The position numbers were made by a program, and so were the translations under genes. The notes under the pieces were generated by a model. It searched no databases. It worked only from the letters and a program-made list of their open reading frames with translations, and had not been told where the DNA came from. Below are positions 35,057-44,662 of a stretch of 64,000 nucleotides of DNA, one piece after another; position 1 is the first letter of the stretch; every line of letters begins with the position of its first letter. This stretch comes from a virus: positions 25,968 to 89,967 of IMG/VR virus record IMGVR_UViG_3300043411_001777; one strand, given 5' to 3'.

Positions 35057-35311
35057 TTACAGCATCTTCGTTAGAAGAGAGACCACTTGCTCTTTGGCCT
35101 CTTTGATGGAGACCGCTTTTCCTGCAATGGGTTCGATATTGTATCCTGGGATTTCCAGGATGAACCAAAACGGACCCACGTTACCACTCCCACTATCACC
35201 TACAGACGCTACCGTCTTACCCTTCACTTTTAGGTGGTATTCCCCCTTTCCTATAGAAGAAAAGAGCACGGGGGCGAAATACGAAGTGGTTGGATAATAG
35301 GACCAAGTCAT
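35057..35311 (-). CDS. hypothetical protein (84 aa)
   Basis: ORF. Confidence 0.45.
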   Translation of the reverse strand: MTWSYYPTTSYFAPVLFSSIGKGEYHLKVKGKTVASVGDSGSGNVGPFWFILEIPGYNIEPIAGKAVSIKEAKEQVVSLLTKML

Positions 35312-35319
35312 CTCATTCC

Positions 35320-35742
35320 TTAGATTCGCTTCAATGCGAAGGTTCCGTCGAAGGTTGCGTCCGGAATTTGCTCACACAACCAACGGCTAGCGCTGTTCTC
35401 ACCCTTCCCAGTATAGTACGTTACCACCCAAGAGGTGGGGCCTAACTTTTCGAGTATCTTCCACCGGTACTGGTTGACTACCAGCCATTCCGCAGTCAGC
35501 TCAAAAACCGTATGGGAGATCCCCGCCCCTTCCTCAATAAGAGTGTACCAAGGATAGCTGAAACTGAGAGGTGGGGGTTCCGGCAGAGGCTCTTTACCCT
35601 CAAGAAGCCGGGCAAGAAGCGCAGACTTTGAAGCGTCAATGTTCAACGACCACAGAGACCCGGGAAAGGGAATACCGTTTTGGGCGCGGATTTCCAACCA
35701 CCGGAGAAGGGCGTTAATGTCGGCAGAACGGGTCTCAAGCAT
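35320..35742 (-). CDS. hypothetical protein (140 aa)
   Basis: ORF. Confidence 0.5.
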   Translation of the reverse strand: MLETRSADINALLRWLEIRAQNGIPFPGSLWSLNIDASKSALLARLLEGKEPLPEPPPLSFSYPWYTLIEEGAGISHTVFELTAEWLVVNQYRWKILEKLGPTSWVVTYYTGKGENSASRWLCEQIPDATFDGTFALKRI

Positions 35743-36150
35743 TCAATAGTCCTTCCTGTTCCAATAATCAGCCTCGTAGTCCGGACCGTAATCAGGATCT
35801 CTCCGAGCCCGCTCTCTTACCTGCCACGACCTTCGAGCCTGCTCTTTTACCTGCAACCGAGTTGGACGGCTTGCGTCGATATGTGCGGGTTCACCCAGAC
35901 GTGAGGCCATTTCACGCCGCATCTTGAGAATGACGGGAAAACACTCTTCTGGCGTGATGGTGGTGTTATAGGTCATACTCATTTCTAACGCACGCCGCTC
36001 CAAAAGCAGGATGGAGTTGGTTAAATGGCTGGTCTTCATATCGGTAAACAGGATCTGTCCGCCCCCGCTAGGGGACCAAAAATCCCGTTCGTAGGCGAAT
36101 TCTACACGAAGAGACGCGATCATGGCTTGAAGATGCAAGGGCAAGGACAT
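35743..36150 (-). CDS. hypothetical protein (135 aa)
   Basis: ORF abutting 35742. Confidence 0.5.
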   Translation of the reverse strand: MSLPLHLQAMIASLRVEFAYERDFWSPSGGGQILFTDMKTSHLTNSILLLERRALEMSMTYNTTITPEECFPVILKMRREMASRLGEPAHIDASRPTRLQVKEQARRSWQVRERARRDPDYGPDYEADYWNRKDY

Positions 36151-36170
36151 AGGGCCTCCTTTGAGGCCTT

Positions 36171-36401
36171 CTACCCAGAAGTTCGCCCGGTAAGCTTAAC
36201 CGTATTGCACTTGGGGCAAGCCACGGCATGATGATTTGTAGTGTAGCCGTACTCATCCGTAGACGAAAACGCATTCAAGGAAAGGAATTCGGTGTCCCCT
36301 TGCAGGACGTCCCTCCCGAAATTCTTCAACTTGCGCCATTCATACACGTAACCGCACACACAGGTTTCCGTGAAAGTCTGGGTCTCGATATCGTATTTCA
36401 T
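36171..36401 (-). CDS. zinc-ribbon protein (76 aa)
   Basis: CVCG...CPKC. First gene of the minus block; the divergent gap 36402-36455 follows. Confidence 0.45.
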   Translation of the reverse strand: MKYDIETQTFTETCVCGYVYEWRKLKNFGRDVLQGDTEFLSLNAFSSTDEYGYTTNHHAVACPKCNTVKLTGRTSG

Positions 36402-36455
36402 TCAGCACCTCCTGACTAAGGAACCGAAGAGGCCCCCAAATTTAGGCCCCTAACT

Positions 36456-36656
36456 TTGAAAACCTCGGCGGTAGCTTCTTTGGAGGCACTGAGTATGAAC
36501 GTCGCATTTATTTCTGACCTAACGGACGATTTGAACCCTGGGCAGTTCCAGTTGCTAATCTGTCACCTGTTTTCGGTGCAGAACCCCACGGCGATTCGGC
36601 TTCGGGCTGCAATTAAGGCTTGGCGAATGAGCGCTGGCCTGGCCAAGGATTGTTGA
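36456..36656 (+). CDS. hypothetical protein (66 aa)
   Basis: ORF; first in the plus block. Confidence 0.4.
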   Translation: MKTSAVASLEALSMNVAFISDLTDDLNPGQFQLLICHLFSVQNPTAIRLRAAIKAWRMSAGLAKDC

Positions 36657-36657
36657 A

Positions 36658-37020
36658 ATGTCTTACGAAGGTTATGCTCAGGTGCTCTGCGACAACGGGC
36701 ATCTATACGAGACCGGTGATGACTACATGCCTCAGGAGGATTGCCCCCACTGTGGCCGACCCCCTTGTTGGGTCAACCCGGTGAACGATACGAATTGTGA
36801 TGCGGTCGGGCGCATCCCCGAGGAGCTGTTCAAGCTCCTCTTCTTGGACAAGAACACGGACCCACCGACCTTCTTCGTTCCTACGGAAGACGAGTGGAAG
36901 GCTATCATCCACATGCATAAGCATGATGGCGGCACCCCGCTCATTCCAATCCACCCCGAACTACTGAATAAGTTGCTCGCTCAACACGGGAAGTCGTTCA
37001 AGGGAACGCATTTCCGGTGA
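36658..37020 (+). CDS. hypothetical protein (120 aa) with CPHCG motif
   Basis: ORF. Confidence 0.5.
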   Translation: MSYEGYAQVLCDNGHLYETGDDYMPQEDCPHCGRPPCWVNPVNDTNCDAVGRIPEELFKLLFLDKNTDPPTFFVPTEDEWKAIIHMHKHDGGTPLIPIHPELLNKLLAQHGKSFKGTHFR

Positions 37021-37041
37021 GCCTTAGAAAGGAGAAATGAA

Positions 37042-37251
37042 GTGATTCAGCGTGACCAGCAGATTATTGACCATGTGGCTAAGATTCGTCCTGATATGCT
37101 GCCCGCCGTCAAGGCGATTGTTGAGAACCCCTACGGTAATCAGCAATATCAGGCAATGCATGTTCTGATGATCTTCGGGTTCGAGGCCGGACGCCAGTTC
37201 CAGACCGAGAACCCGAATACCGAGCTGAACAACCCGAATGTGTACCTGTGA
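37042..37251 (+). CDS. hypothetical protein (69 aa)
   Basis: ORF. Confidence 0.45.
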   Translation: MIQRDQQIIDHVAKIRPDMLPAVKAIVENPYGNQQYQAMHVLMIFGFEAGRQFQTENPNTELNNPNVYL

Positions 37252-37469
37252 GCCAAATCTTGAATCCTCAAGAAGAGGCGGCTTTGTGGGAAGACGTAGT
37301 TGCACTACGGACGCGGCTCAGGGTGTTTCAAACAACGCTTGTTAGCCAGCGTATTAGCCCGAACCTCCAATTTCATTTGGGGGACGCGCTATACCAACTC
37401 AACGAGTTGGTGGCTGCCTGGAAGTGGCGTCTGGACGCAAACCCGGGAAAGGCTGATGTTTCAGGATGA
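37248..37469 (+). CDS. hypothetical protein (73 aa)
   Basis: ORF with start/stop overlap. Confidence 0.45.
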   Translation: MSQILNPQEEAALWEDVVALRTRLRVFQTTLVSQRISPNLQFHLGDALYQLNELVAAWKWRLDANPGKADVSG

Positions 37470-37651
37470 AACCCATCAGTTGGCTGCCTGACTACCAGAA
37501 CATGACTGACGAGGAATTGCTGACTGCTCTTGAAGAGGAAAAAGCAGCCGTCAAAAGGCTGGAGAAGCTCTCCAAGTGCTCTTATGCACACCTCACTCAA
37601 GCACTAGAGTCTGCATTCCACGAGGAATTGGCAGCAAGGAAAAAGGTCTAA
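37466..37651 (+). CDS. hypothetical protein (61 aa)
   Basis: ORF with an ATGA overlap. Confidence 0.4.
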   Translation: MKPISWLPDYQNMTDEELLTALEEEKAAVKRLEKLSKCSYAHLTQALESAFHEELAARKKV

Positions 37652-37911
37652 TGGCACACATTCAACTCGACGTTACTGGAATCCCTGGTGTGGGAAAGAC
37701 CGCCATCATTCAGGTCATGACCGAAGCGCTAATAGCTAAGGGCATTGACGTCCACTTCTGTGACAGCCCGATTGACCCGAGCCCAAGCCCATTCCCATCG
37801 GAGCGTATTCGGACCCCCGAAGAGCTTGATCGGGTGGTCCAGTCGATCATTTCCACCGGGACGGCGGTGTTTGTCGTGGAACGAACTACACACCCTCATG
37901 GTGTCAAGTGA
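37651..37911 (+). CDS. small P-loop NTPase (86 aa)
   Basis: MAHIQLDVTGIPGVGKTAIIQ Walker A motif. The start overlaps the previous stop (TAATG). Confidence 0.5.
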   Translation: MAHIQLDVTGIPGVGKTAIIQVMTEALIAKGIDVHFCDSPIDPSPSPFPSERIRTPEELDRVVQSIISTGTAVFVVERTTHPHGVK

Positions 37912-38105
37912 AAGCCTCAGTGTGGGCGGATATTCGCCATAATCCAGATGGAACAATGTCTTGGGGCGTGGAATGCGACAACCCAGCCCTTACTATTGAC
38001 GGGCACTTCTTAACCGTCATCCCGGGTGACGCCACTGAGCAAACCCGTAAACAGGCCGAACACCTCGTCGAATCCCTCAAAACCTTTTCCATTGGAAAGC
38101 GCTAA
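37908..38105 (+). CDS. hypothetical protein (65 aa)
   Basis: ORF. Confidence 0.4.
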   Translation: MKASVWADIRHNPDGTMSWGVECDNPALTIDGHFLTVIPGDATEQTRKQAEHLVESLKTFSIGKR

Positions 38106-38107
38106 CA

Positions 38108-38494
38108 ATGTTCACTGAGCTGCTCCGTGAAGCCGAGCTTCGCAAGGACTGCGCTAATCCACCCGAAGCGGCTTTTTATGAAGGTCGGATTACTGCATTT
38201 GAGGAAATGATTGCGCTCTTCAACCCTAAACCGACAACAGAAGTCCAGCGGAAAGAAATGCTGGCCCAACTCCGGAAAGTTCACCAGGAACTAGGTAAGG
38301 CTATTCGGGAACTTCGGTTTCCTATTAACGTCCCTGACGACCCGGCTCAGCATGATGTGCACACCAGCCACTGTTGTTTCGTGCATCATTGCAAGTATGG
38401 GGATGACGATTGTCCAGTTGTCCTAGGGCAAAAGAAGCAGGAATACCCGTGTGAAACGTGTGGGTGGGAATCAGACGAAGGAATAGAATACTAA
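38108..38494 (+). CDS. hypothetical protein with a Cys/His-rich C-terminus (128 aa)
   Basis: HCCFVHHCKYGDDDCP...CETCG. Confidence 0.5.
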   Translation: MFTELLREAELRKDCANPPEAAFYEGRITAFEEMIALFNPKPTTEVQRKEMLAQLRKVHQELGKAIRELRFPINVPDDPAQHDVHTSHCCFVHHCKYGDDDCPVVLGQKKQEYPCETCGWESDEGIEY

Positions 38495-38522
38495 CTCCTC
38501 ATCCCGGTCGGGTATCTAAAAC

Positions 38523-38780
38523 ATGAAGACCTACACCACAGTTTACAACTACGGGTTCGGACAGAAGGTGGAGACCATGGTTTTCGAGATCGACCGGTAC
38601 GTTTGTACCGAAAACATCGAATACCTGTTGTTCTACACGGATTCCGATCCGACTCATCGTGTCCGTCTCCGCGATTTGGATGCGAACGAGAACGTGGGGA
38701 TTTACTTCTTTCGCGGTGCACCCGAAAAGGCTCGCGCTAAGTTCGACGAAATCGTCAGCAACGTAAAGAGCTACGAATAG
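38523..38780 (+). CDS. hypothetical protein (85 aa)
   Basis: ORF. Confidence 0.45.
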   Translation: MKTYTTVYNYGFGQKVETMVFEIDRYVCTENIEYLLFYTDSDPTHRVRLRDLDANENVGIYFFRGAPEKARAKFDEIVSNVKSYE

Positions 38781-38823
38781 GGTAGATTGTATCGCGCAAT
38801 TCAGCGCGATACGGGAATGAGTC

Positions 38824-39207
38824 ATGGAACACTGCGAAGTAGTGGATATGCTAGGGGCGACGATTGTCAGCATCTCTGGCATGCAGGATGAAAGCGAAGC
38901 GGTCATCTTTACGGCCCAAGATGGTCGTAGCTGGCATATGTGGTATCAGCCGGATTGCTGTGCACGATGCTATATCGTGCAGATTGACGGCGACGTTCAG
39001 GACTTGATCGGGTCCCCGCTCCTCATGTCCGAAGAAATCAGCAACGAAGGCGCGTCAGCGCCCGAAGGCTACTACGAGTCTTACACCTGGACCTTCTACA
39101 AGTTTGCGACCATTAAGGGATATGTCACCCTGCGGTGGTTAGGAAGCAGCAACGGCTATTACAGCGAGTCAGTTTCATTCGCCCGTGTTGCTCCTGATAT
39201 GAATTGA
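38824..39207 (+). CDS. hypothetical protein (127 aa)
   Basis: ORF. Confidence 0.5.
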   Translation: MEHCEVVDMLGATIVSISGMQDESEAVIFTAQDGRSWHMWYQPDCCARCYIVQIDGDVQDLIGSPLLMSEEISNEGASAPEGYYESYTWTFYKFATIKGYVTLRWLGSSNGYYSESVSFARVAPDMN

Positions 39208-39223
39208 AACCCTGGGAGGGTTC

Positions 39224-39526
39224 ATGAGCGTTCCTCTTTCGCATTGGTTTGCCGCGTGTGAAGACACGGGCTTAGAAGAGCCCAGTTGGTCGAATAACAG
39301 TTTCCCAGCCATATGGGAACGCGGAAAGACCGATGGGGTTAATTGGGTTCTTGCCGTACACCTCTTCTGTGATGAAGCGCATGCTATGCTTCATCCGGAC
39401 CCGGGTGCTTTCGATAATCCACAGGATGTCCCCAATACTATTCCTGTCGGAACGTACAAAACCCCCGCAGCGCTTCGTAAAGCGCTATGCAAGCTGGCAA
39501 AGCCCAAGCCCGGAGACGATTCGTGA
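39224..39526 (+). CDS. hypothetical protein (100 aa)
   Basis: GGGAGGG RBS upstream. Confidence 0.5.
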   Translation: MSVPLSHWFAACEDTGLEEPSWSNNSFPAIWERGKTDGVNWVLAVHLFCDEAHAMLHPDPGAFDNPQDVPNTIPVGTYKTPAALRKALCKLAKPKPGDDS

Positions 39527-40269
39527 ACAGAATTCCTGTACAAGACCTACCTGTTCCGCGCCTTGAACTCTACTGGCGGCCCCTTACAAAGGATGGCGCC
39601 TTTGGCGACGGTTATGGGAATAACTGGGTTGTGGAATACAACCTCGTCAAAACCTTCTTTTCCAAGCAGGAAAAGACGCCCCTCGGGGCTACGAAAATCA
39701 GCCGACACCGCCACCCAGTAGATGCCGACGATGACACCATCGATACCCCGATTCGGGATGGGTGCCATATCAAATATGATAGTTTCGAACTCAAGCTCCC
39801 CGCTTTCGCTCGATGTGAGGGGTTTGATTGGGCTGTCGCAATCGAGCCGCGAGAATACTTACCTTACCCCGAAGAGGAAACTACTCCCCTGGGGGAAATG
39901 GCAAATCCTCTGGAGGTTTGGGGTCTCGTGGCCGATATCAGCCGGCTAAAGGTTGCTTACAACGGAAGTAGCGAGCCTCTAGAGCTTGAAGTTTTGGAGA
40001 AAGCGCATTCTCTTCTGCGAGACCTCTGTCGGGCTATTGAGTCTCAGTGGGCGAGCAAGGGGCGGGTTGATCCCGATCTGCATATCGCCTATGTGGCTGC
40101 TAAGCGCTACGTTGACCCGGATTTCGAAAAGAGGGAGCTAGACAAGGAATCGCTCATGCGTAACAAGATCCGCGAAGCTTTCAGCCACAGTTCAGTGGGC
40201 TGGGATAAGGATTTGGAGGACGAGCTGCTTGTTATCATGGCTAAGAATGCCGATACCAGCGGTACATAG
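39523..40269 (+). CDS. hypothetical protein (248 aa), GTG start overlapping the previous stop (GTGA)
   Basis: The ORF-track start at 39487 would overlap the gene at 39224 by 40 nt. An in-frame GTG sits at 39523. Confidence 0.45.
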   Translation: MNRIPVQDLPVPRLELYWRPLTKDGAFGDGYGNNWVVEYNLVKTFFSKQEKTPLGATKISRHRHPVDADDDTIDTPIRDGCHIKYDSFELKLPAFARCEGFDWAVAIEPREYLPYPEEETTPLGEMANPLEVWGLVADISRLKVAYNGSSEPLELEVLEKAHSLLRDLCRAIESQWASKGRVDPDLHIAYVAAKRYVDPDFEKRELDKESLMRNKIREAFSHSSVGWDKDLEDELLVIMAKNADTSGT

Positions 40270-40272
40270 GGT

Positions 40273-40539
40273 ATGAACAGTGATCTGCTACTTACCCTCT
40301 CCCGCCTTTTTAGCCGCAGCCCGCGATGGGAGGCGTGTTTCTGGTCTATAGGGATGCAGAATATGGCAGCAAAGTTTGGCCTGCCGACCCTATTCAAGGA
40401 GGCCGCCTATGAAATCTTCATGGACGACTTCAAGCTAAGCTCAACTGATGTCGACCTAATCCGTCGCCATTGCAGGGCTCTTGCCAAGACTGGGGTTATT
40501 GACCACACCCTGACTTGGAATTTGGAAGTGCCGGGCTAA
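40273..40539 (+). CDS. hypothetical protein (88 aa)
   Basis: ORF. Confidence 0.45.
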   Translation: MNSDLLLTLSRLFSRSPRWEACFWSIGMQNMAAKFGLPTLFKEAAYEIFMDDFKLSSTDVDLIRRHCRALAKTGVIDHTLTWNLEVPG

Positions 40540-40604
40540 CTCTTAGCCCCCCTCCGGGTAATACCTTTGTGGGCCAAGAAAGGCCCCAGAGAAAAGGAGG
40601 GATC

Positions 40605-40850
40605 GTGTTCTACACGCTGACAGAGGACGAATACCAGGCGCTACTCAACTCCGCGAAGGAGGCGAAAGCAGCAAATGCGAAGAAACTGCAAGCCTTCTGC
40701 ACGCGCGTGGCCGACGAATTGCCTGTGATCTGGAGGTCGGAGGGCACGCCGAGGCCCTGGGGATGCATCCTAACTCAGGGCAGCGGGTACTGCGACTCGT
40801 GCCCCGCGAAGGATGTTTGCCCGCACCCCCGAAAGCACTGGAGCAAGTGA
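40605..40850 (+). CDS. hypothetical protein (81 aa) with CDSCP motif
   Basis: GTG start 8 nt after GGAGGG. Confidence 0.4.
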   Translation: MFYTLTEDEYQALLNSAKEAKAANAKKLQAFCTRVADELPVIWRSEGTPRPWGCILTQGSGYCDSCPAKDVCPHPRKHWSK

Positions 40851-41152
40851 TGAAGCGCGATCTGTCGAAGTTGATGGAAGGATTGGAGATCAAGGTGTCC
40901 CAGGGCCGCAATGGCAGGTGGTACGCTTACGTGGCCGCCCCCCATGCGTGGGGCAACGTCTTCGGTCAGTATGCTATGGAGGATCCAGGCAAGAACTGGT
41001 GGAAGGACGCCTCCGGTGACACCGAGGACGAGGCACGCGAGAAGGCTTGCCAGCTCGCTGGCGTCGCATTCGGCAACCGCCTGGCCCAGGCCCTGGCACC
41101 CATCGCAGTGCCCGCGAAGGTCATCCCCGCGCCGAGCCAGGTTACCCTGTAA
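40850..41152 (+). CDS. hypothetical protein (100 aa)
   Basis: Start MKRDLSK overlaps the previous stop (TGATG). Confidence 0.45.
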   Translation: MKRDLSKLMEGLEIKVSQGRNGRWYAYVAAPHAWGNVFGQYAMEDPGKNWWKDASGDTEDEAREKACQLAGVAFGNRLAQALAPIAVPAKVIPAPSQVTL

Positions 41153-41355
41153 TGGCCTGCCACTACTGCAATCCAAAGGCAAGCTCTAAGCACGTCGAGT
41201 GCCCCGCCCATAAGCGGGACCGTCTCCGCTGGGAGCGAGAACAGGCCGAAGAGGAAGAAGACTACAAGCGCCATGCTTGGGCTTCCGAAGCGGGCCTCAT
41301 CCCAGCCGTTTACGACACTATGAGCGGTGGCAGTTTCCTGATGCCTAACTCTTAG
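41152..41355 (+). CDS. small zinc-binding protein (67 aa)
   Basis: MACHYCNPK...ECPAHK. The start overlaps the previous stop. Confidence 0.4.
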   Translation: MACHYCNPKASSKHVECPAHKRDRLRWEREQAEEEEDYKRHAWASEAGLIPAVYDTMSGGSFLMPNS

Positions 41356-41376
41356 GCCTGCAAGGGTAGTTAGATC

Positions 41377-43110
41377 GTGAACGAAGAAATCCCAGAGAAC
41401 CTCCCCGCCATTGTTGACGTGATTCGTGCCGAAACCGTCGCGGATACAAGCGAACCCGTCGCAATTGGCCAGTGGTTCTGGCGCCGGGCCAAGCCCGAAC
41501 GCTATCTCGTCTGCGTTACCCATGTAGGTTCAAACTTCGCTATGGTTGAAACCGTGGGAGGCCGAACCGAACGAATTCTATTGGAAGATTGGGAACGCCA
41601 TTGTCGAAAGGCAAAGGCCCCTAATCGCTATATCGACACCCAGGTTGGCTTCCACAAGGAACGAGTGCAAGAGCTTCTGTCCGAAGTGCAGGCCGTCACG
41701 GCCCGACTCGGACTTCAGCCTACTGAAGCGCTCGGCAATAGCACGTCCAGCACCAGCCTCGCAGTCGTGCATGGTGTGGGTGACGTCCAGGCCCACAAGC
41801 TCGAATTGATCGAGGCGAAGAGCAAGACACTCCCCGAGCTTTTCAAGGAAATCGAGGGCCAGCATGCCGCTATGGCCATGTGGATGAAAGCCTCACTCAT
41901 CCCCATGAAGGCAATTGCAGCTCAGGCTAGGCAGGCAACGTCGAGCATTGACAGTCGGATCATGATGGTCGAGCTATACGCGGGCTTGACTGAGGAACTG
42001 ACCCAGATCCTGGACGGGGAGCCCGCCCCAAATGACACGCGCATCCACCTGTTTCAGCGCCAGCATTACATGGATGAGGAATGCCTGGCTCAATATGAAG
42101 CCGGGGGCATGGATTTCCGTGGCATCGGTGCTTTTGACAAGTGGCTTGCCCGCCCCCAAAACCTGAATCGTATCCTGCCTTTCCCACGCAGTATCGTTGC
42201 ATTTCAGGTACGCCGAAAGGCTAAGGATTACGGCGAGGCCCGCTCACTGTCTGAAGCGATCCGCTTCTGGGAAATGGGAGAAGCCGACAAGCTGACGTTC
42301 CTGTATATCCGAAACGGAGATACCCTTCACCGATTGAGCACGGCTGTTGAATTCGGCGAGAATCTTTTCCCGGACCATGAGAATGAGGAACTTCTGGGCG
42401 AGGGTCCGAAGTGGATCGTACAGAGTAGCTTTGGATTCGAGAGGGTCATTTCAGAGCGCGAGCATGACGCAGTCATGCTAAAGCGGGAAGAAGAAAACGC
42501 AAAATACAAGCGTGAGCTGGCGGCGTGGAAATCAGAGTCTGAAAAGACGCGCAGTCATTTTGAGCCATATAAACCATATGGGCGGGACACCCATGTTCCC
42601 CTCTCACGTGACAGCGTCTATTACGATGATGCTATGCGGTCGATGGCGGAGAGTGCGGTTGCACACAACCGGATTGCCGTCGTAATCCAGGGGCTTCTGG
42701 ACCGCTCGATTGCGCTCCACCCTCACCCTCCCTGGCAGCTTTGGACCCCGGAAGGTTTTACGGGCGCGCTGGAACTCGTTTTTGACGCGTCCCGGGGCAT
42801 TGCTAATGGGGAGCCGCCGAACTTTGAGGCGTACTTTGCCCGGCTTGGAGAGAGCATTAAGGCTGGCTCCATGGTGATTGGAGCGCAGGAGCTGTGGGAA
42901 CGCGCAGAAGCTGAAAAGGAAAACGACCGGCGACGGAGAAGTTATCGATACCGTTCGGACGAGTGTTACGAGAAGTCCAGTTTCCCTATGGGGGAAGCCC
43001 TCCAAAGAAGTACGGATGCAACAACGTTCACTGCGGTAATCCGTTCGCCTACGTCGAAAAGGACTGTCCAACTTCGTGCCCAAGGTGTGGCGCCAGTATG
43101 GGACGGCTAA
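41377..43110 (+). CDS. large hypothetical protein (577 aa) immediately upstream of rtcB. Its C-terminal ~50 codons overlap an alternative-frame zinc-ribbon ORF.
   Basis: Long ORF with no recognisable motifs. Confidence 0.5.
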   Translation: MNEEIPENLPAIVDVIRAETVADTSEPVAIGQWFWRRAKPERYLVCVTHVGSNFAMVETVGGRTERILLEDWERHCRKAKAPNRYIDTQVGFHKERVQELLSEVQAVTARLGLQPTEALGNSTSSTSLAVVHGVGDVQAHKLELIEAKSKTLPELFKEIEGQHAAMAMWMKASLIPMKAIAAQARQATSSIDSRIMMVELYAGLTEELTQILDGEPAPNDTRIHLFQRQHYMDEECLAQYEAGGMDFRGIGAFDKWLARPQNLNRILPFPRSIVAFQVRRKAKDYGEARSLSEAIRFWEMGEADKLTFLYIRNGDTLHRLSTAVEFGENLFPDHENEELLGEGPKWIVQSSFGFERVISEREHDAVMLKREEENAKYKRELAAWKSESEKTRSHFEPYKPYGRDTHVPLSRDSVYYDDAMRSMAESAVAHNRIAVVIQGLLDRSIALHPHPPWQLWTPEGFTGALELVFDASRGIANGEPPNFEAYFARLGESIKAGSMVIGAQELWERAEAEKENDRRRRSYRYRSDECYEKSSFPMGEALQRSTDATTFTAVIRSPTSKRTVQLRAQGVAPVWDG

Positions 43111-43157
43111 CCGAATCCGAAATACTCTACTATGTAGAGTTTGTTCCTGGAGACTAG
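42963..43157 (+). CDS. zinc-ribbon ORF (64 aa) in an alternative frame. It is either a separate overlapping gene or the true C-terminus of the 41377 gene reached by a frameshift.
   Basis: CNNVHCGN-x15-CPTSCPRCG, GTG start. It ends 2 nt before the rtcB ATG. Confidence 0.35.
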   Translation: MLREVQFPYGGSPPKKYGCNNVHCGNPFAYVEKDCPTSCPRCGASMGRLTESEILYYVEFVPGD

Positions 43158-43159
43158 AA

Positions 43160-44386
43160 ATGCGTGTAATTCAGTCCAATGAGATGCGAGTCCCCGTCAA
43201 GATTTGGGACGGCGGCGGAAACGTTCCTTTCGAGGACGCCGTTATCGGGCAGATTTCCAATGCTGCCACCCTTCCCATCATCCACAACCATGTTGCGCTT
43301 ATGCCCGACGGGCATTTTGGCATCGGAGCCGCGGTCGGATCAGTAATCCCCACCGTCAACGCCATCATCCCTGCGGCTGTAGGCGTGGACATTGGTTGCG
43401 GTATGGCTGCGGTTCAGACTTCCCTGAACGCCTCCCAGCTTCCAGACTCACTCGCTGCACTTCGCTCTGCGATTGAGCAGGCGGTTCCCCATGGCCGTTC
43501 CGACAACGGTGGGTCGAATGACGTGGGGTCCTTCCGGGGCAACTCCCTTCCTGCAACCCACGCAAAGGCATGGGCGGATGAACTGGCCGTGGGGTACGCA
43601 AGGATCGCATCGAAGTATCCCAAGCTCGGCTCTGGTAATTCGGCCAACCACCTCGGAACTCTCGGAACCGGTAATCATTTCACAGAGTTGTGCCTTGACG
43701 AGTCGGGCCAGGTTTGGGTGATGCTGCATTCGGGAAGCCGCGGGGTTGGTAACCGTTTCGGTATGCATTTCATCGCCTTGGCGAAGGAGGATATGATCAA
43801 GGCTGGCCTGACGGCGGTCGACAAGGATCTGTCCTACTTGACCGAGGGGACCCAGCATTTCAACGATTATGTTGAGGCCGTGGATTGGGCGCAGAAGTAC
43901 GCCCGAATCAACCGCCAGCTCATGATGGGGGAGGTTATCCGCGTGATGCGTGATTTCCTCCCACCATTCACGCTGACCGAGATGGCGGTCAACTGCCACC
44001 ACAACTATGTGGCGCGCGAGCACCACTTTGGACAGGATGTCTGGCTCACCCGTAAGGGGGCTGTTTCTGCTGCACAAGGGCAGTTGGGCATCATCCCTGG
44101 ATCGATGGGTGCCAAGAGCTTCATCGTTCGTGGGAAGGGCAACCCCGAGTCCTTCCATAGCTGTTCGCACGGTGCGGGTCGGTCTATGTCTCGGGGTGAG
44201 GCCAAGCGCCGTTTCTCACTTGAGGACCACGAGAAGGCCACTGTTGGGGTGGAGTGCCGAAAGGATGTCGGAGTCATTGATGAGACCCCGGCTGCGTACA
44301 AGTCGATTGACAACGTTATGGCGGCTCAGACGGATCTCGTCGAGATTGTCTACACACTCAAGCAGGTTCTTTGTGTGAAGGGGTAA
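43160..44386 (+). CDS. rtcB: RNA 3'-phosphate/2',3'-cyclic-phosphate ligase RtcB (408 aa)
   Basis: Start MRVIQSNEMRVPVKIWD, with GGAGA upstream. The protein also carries the RtcB hallmarks HNHVALMPDGHFGIG, GCGMA, GTLGTGNHF, LHSGSRGVGN and CHHNY. Confidence 0.85.
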   Translation: MRVIQSNEMRVPVKIWDGGGNVPFEDAVIGQISNAATLPIIHNHVALMPDGHFGIGAAVGSVIPTVNAIIPAAVGVDIGCGMAAVQTSLNASQLPDSLAALRSAIEQAVPHGRSDNGGSNDVGSFRGNSLPATHAKAWADELAVGYARIASKYPKLGSGNSANHLGTLGTGNHFTELCLDESGQVWVMLHSGSRGVGNRFGMHFIALAKEDMIKAGLTAVDKDLSYLTEGTQHFNDYVEAVDWAQKYARINRQLMMGEVIRVMRDFLPPFTLTEMAVNCHHNYVAREHHFGQDVWLTRKGAVSAAQGQLGIIPGSMGAKSFIVRGKGNPESFHSCSHGAGRSMSRGEAKRRFSLEDHEKATVGVECRKDVGVIDETPAAYKSIDNVMAAQTDLVEIVYTLKQVLCVKG

Positions 44387-44389
44387 CCT

Positions 44390-44662
44390 ATGCGAACCAT
44401 GAAGCCATTTACCCAACCGGCCACGACTAAAATGGTCACAGACCGTGTGATTTGTGACGTGTGCAGGAAGGATATCCCGAATCCGGGTTGGTACGAAAAG
44501 CAGGAATGCCAGGTTTCTATGGAAACGGGGTCCACATATCCCGAATGTGGAGACCTTGAAAAGGTCGAATTCGATATCTGTGTCCCGTGTTTCACGGAAA
44601 AGCTGATTCCTTGGTTCGCGGCCTTTAACGCCCCCCCTAGGGTTTTGGACACGAGTTACTGA
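44390..44662 (+). CDS. zinc-finger protein (90 aa)
   Basis: CDVC...CVPC. Confidence 0.45.
   Translation: MRTMKPFTQPATTKMVTDRVICDVCRKDIPNPGWYEKQECQVSMETGSTYPECGDLEKVEFDICVPCFTEKLIPWFAAFNAPPRVLDTSY

Noticed and set aside
40645-41523. Long minus-strand ORFs (40645-40911, 40775-41182, 40966-41523) and extra plus frames (40813-41019, 40911-41189)
   Set aside because: Antisense to, or out of frame with, a run of well-packed plus genes with start/stop overlaps. Gly/Ala/Arg-rich composition is typical of GC-rich shadow ORFs.
43171-44313. Multiple ORFs inside rtcB on other frames or the other strand (for example 43448-44170 minus, 240 aa)
   Set aside because: RtcB is unambiguous from its motifs. 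The others are shadow ORFs.
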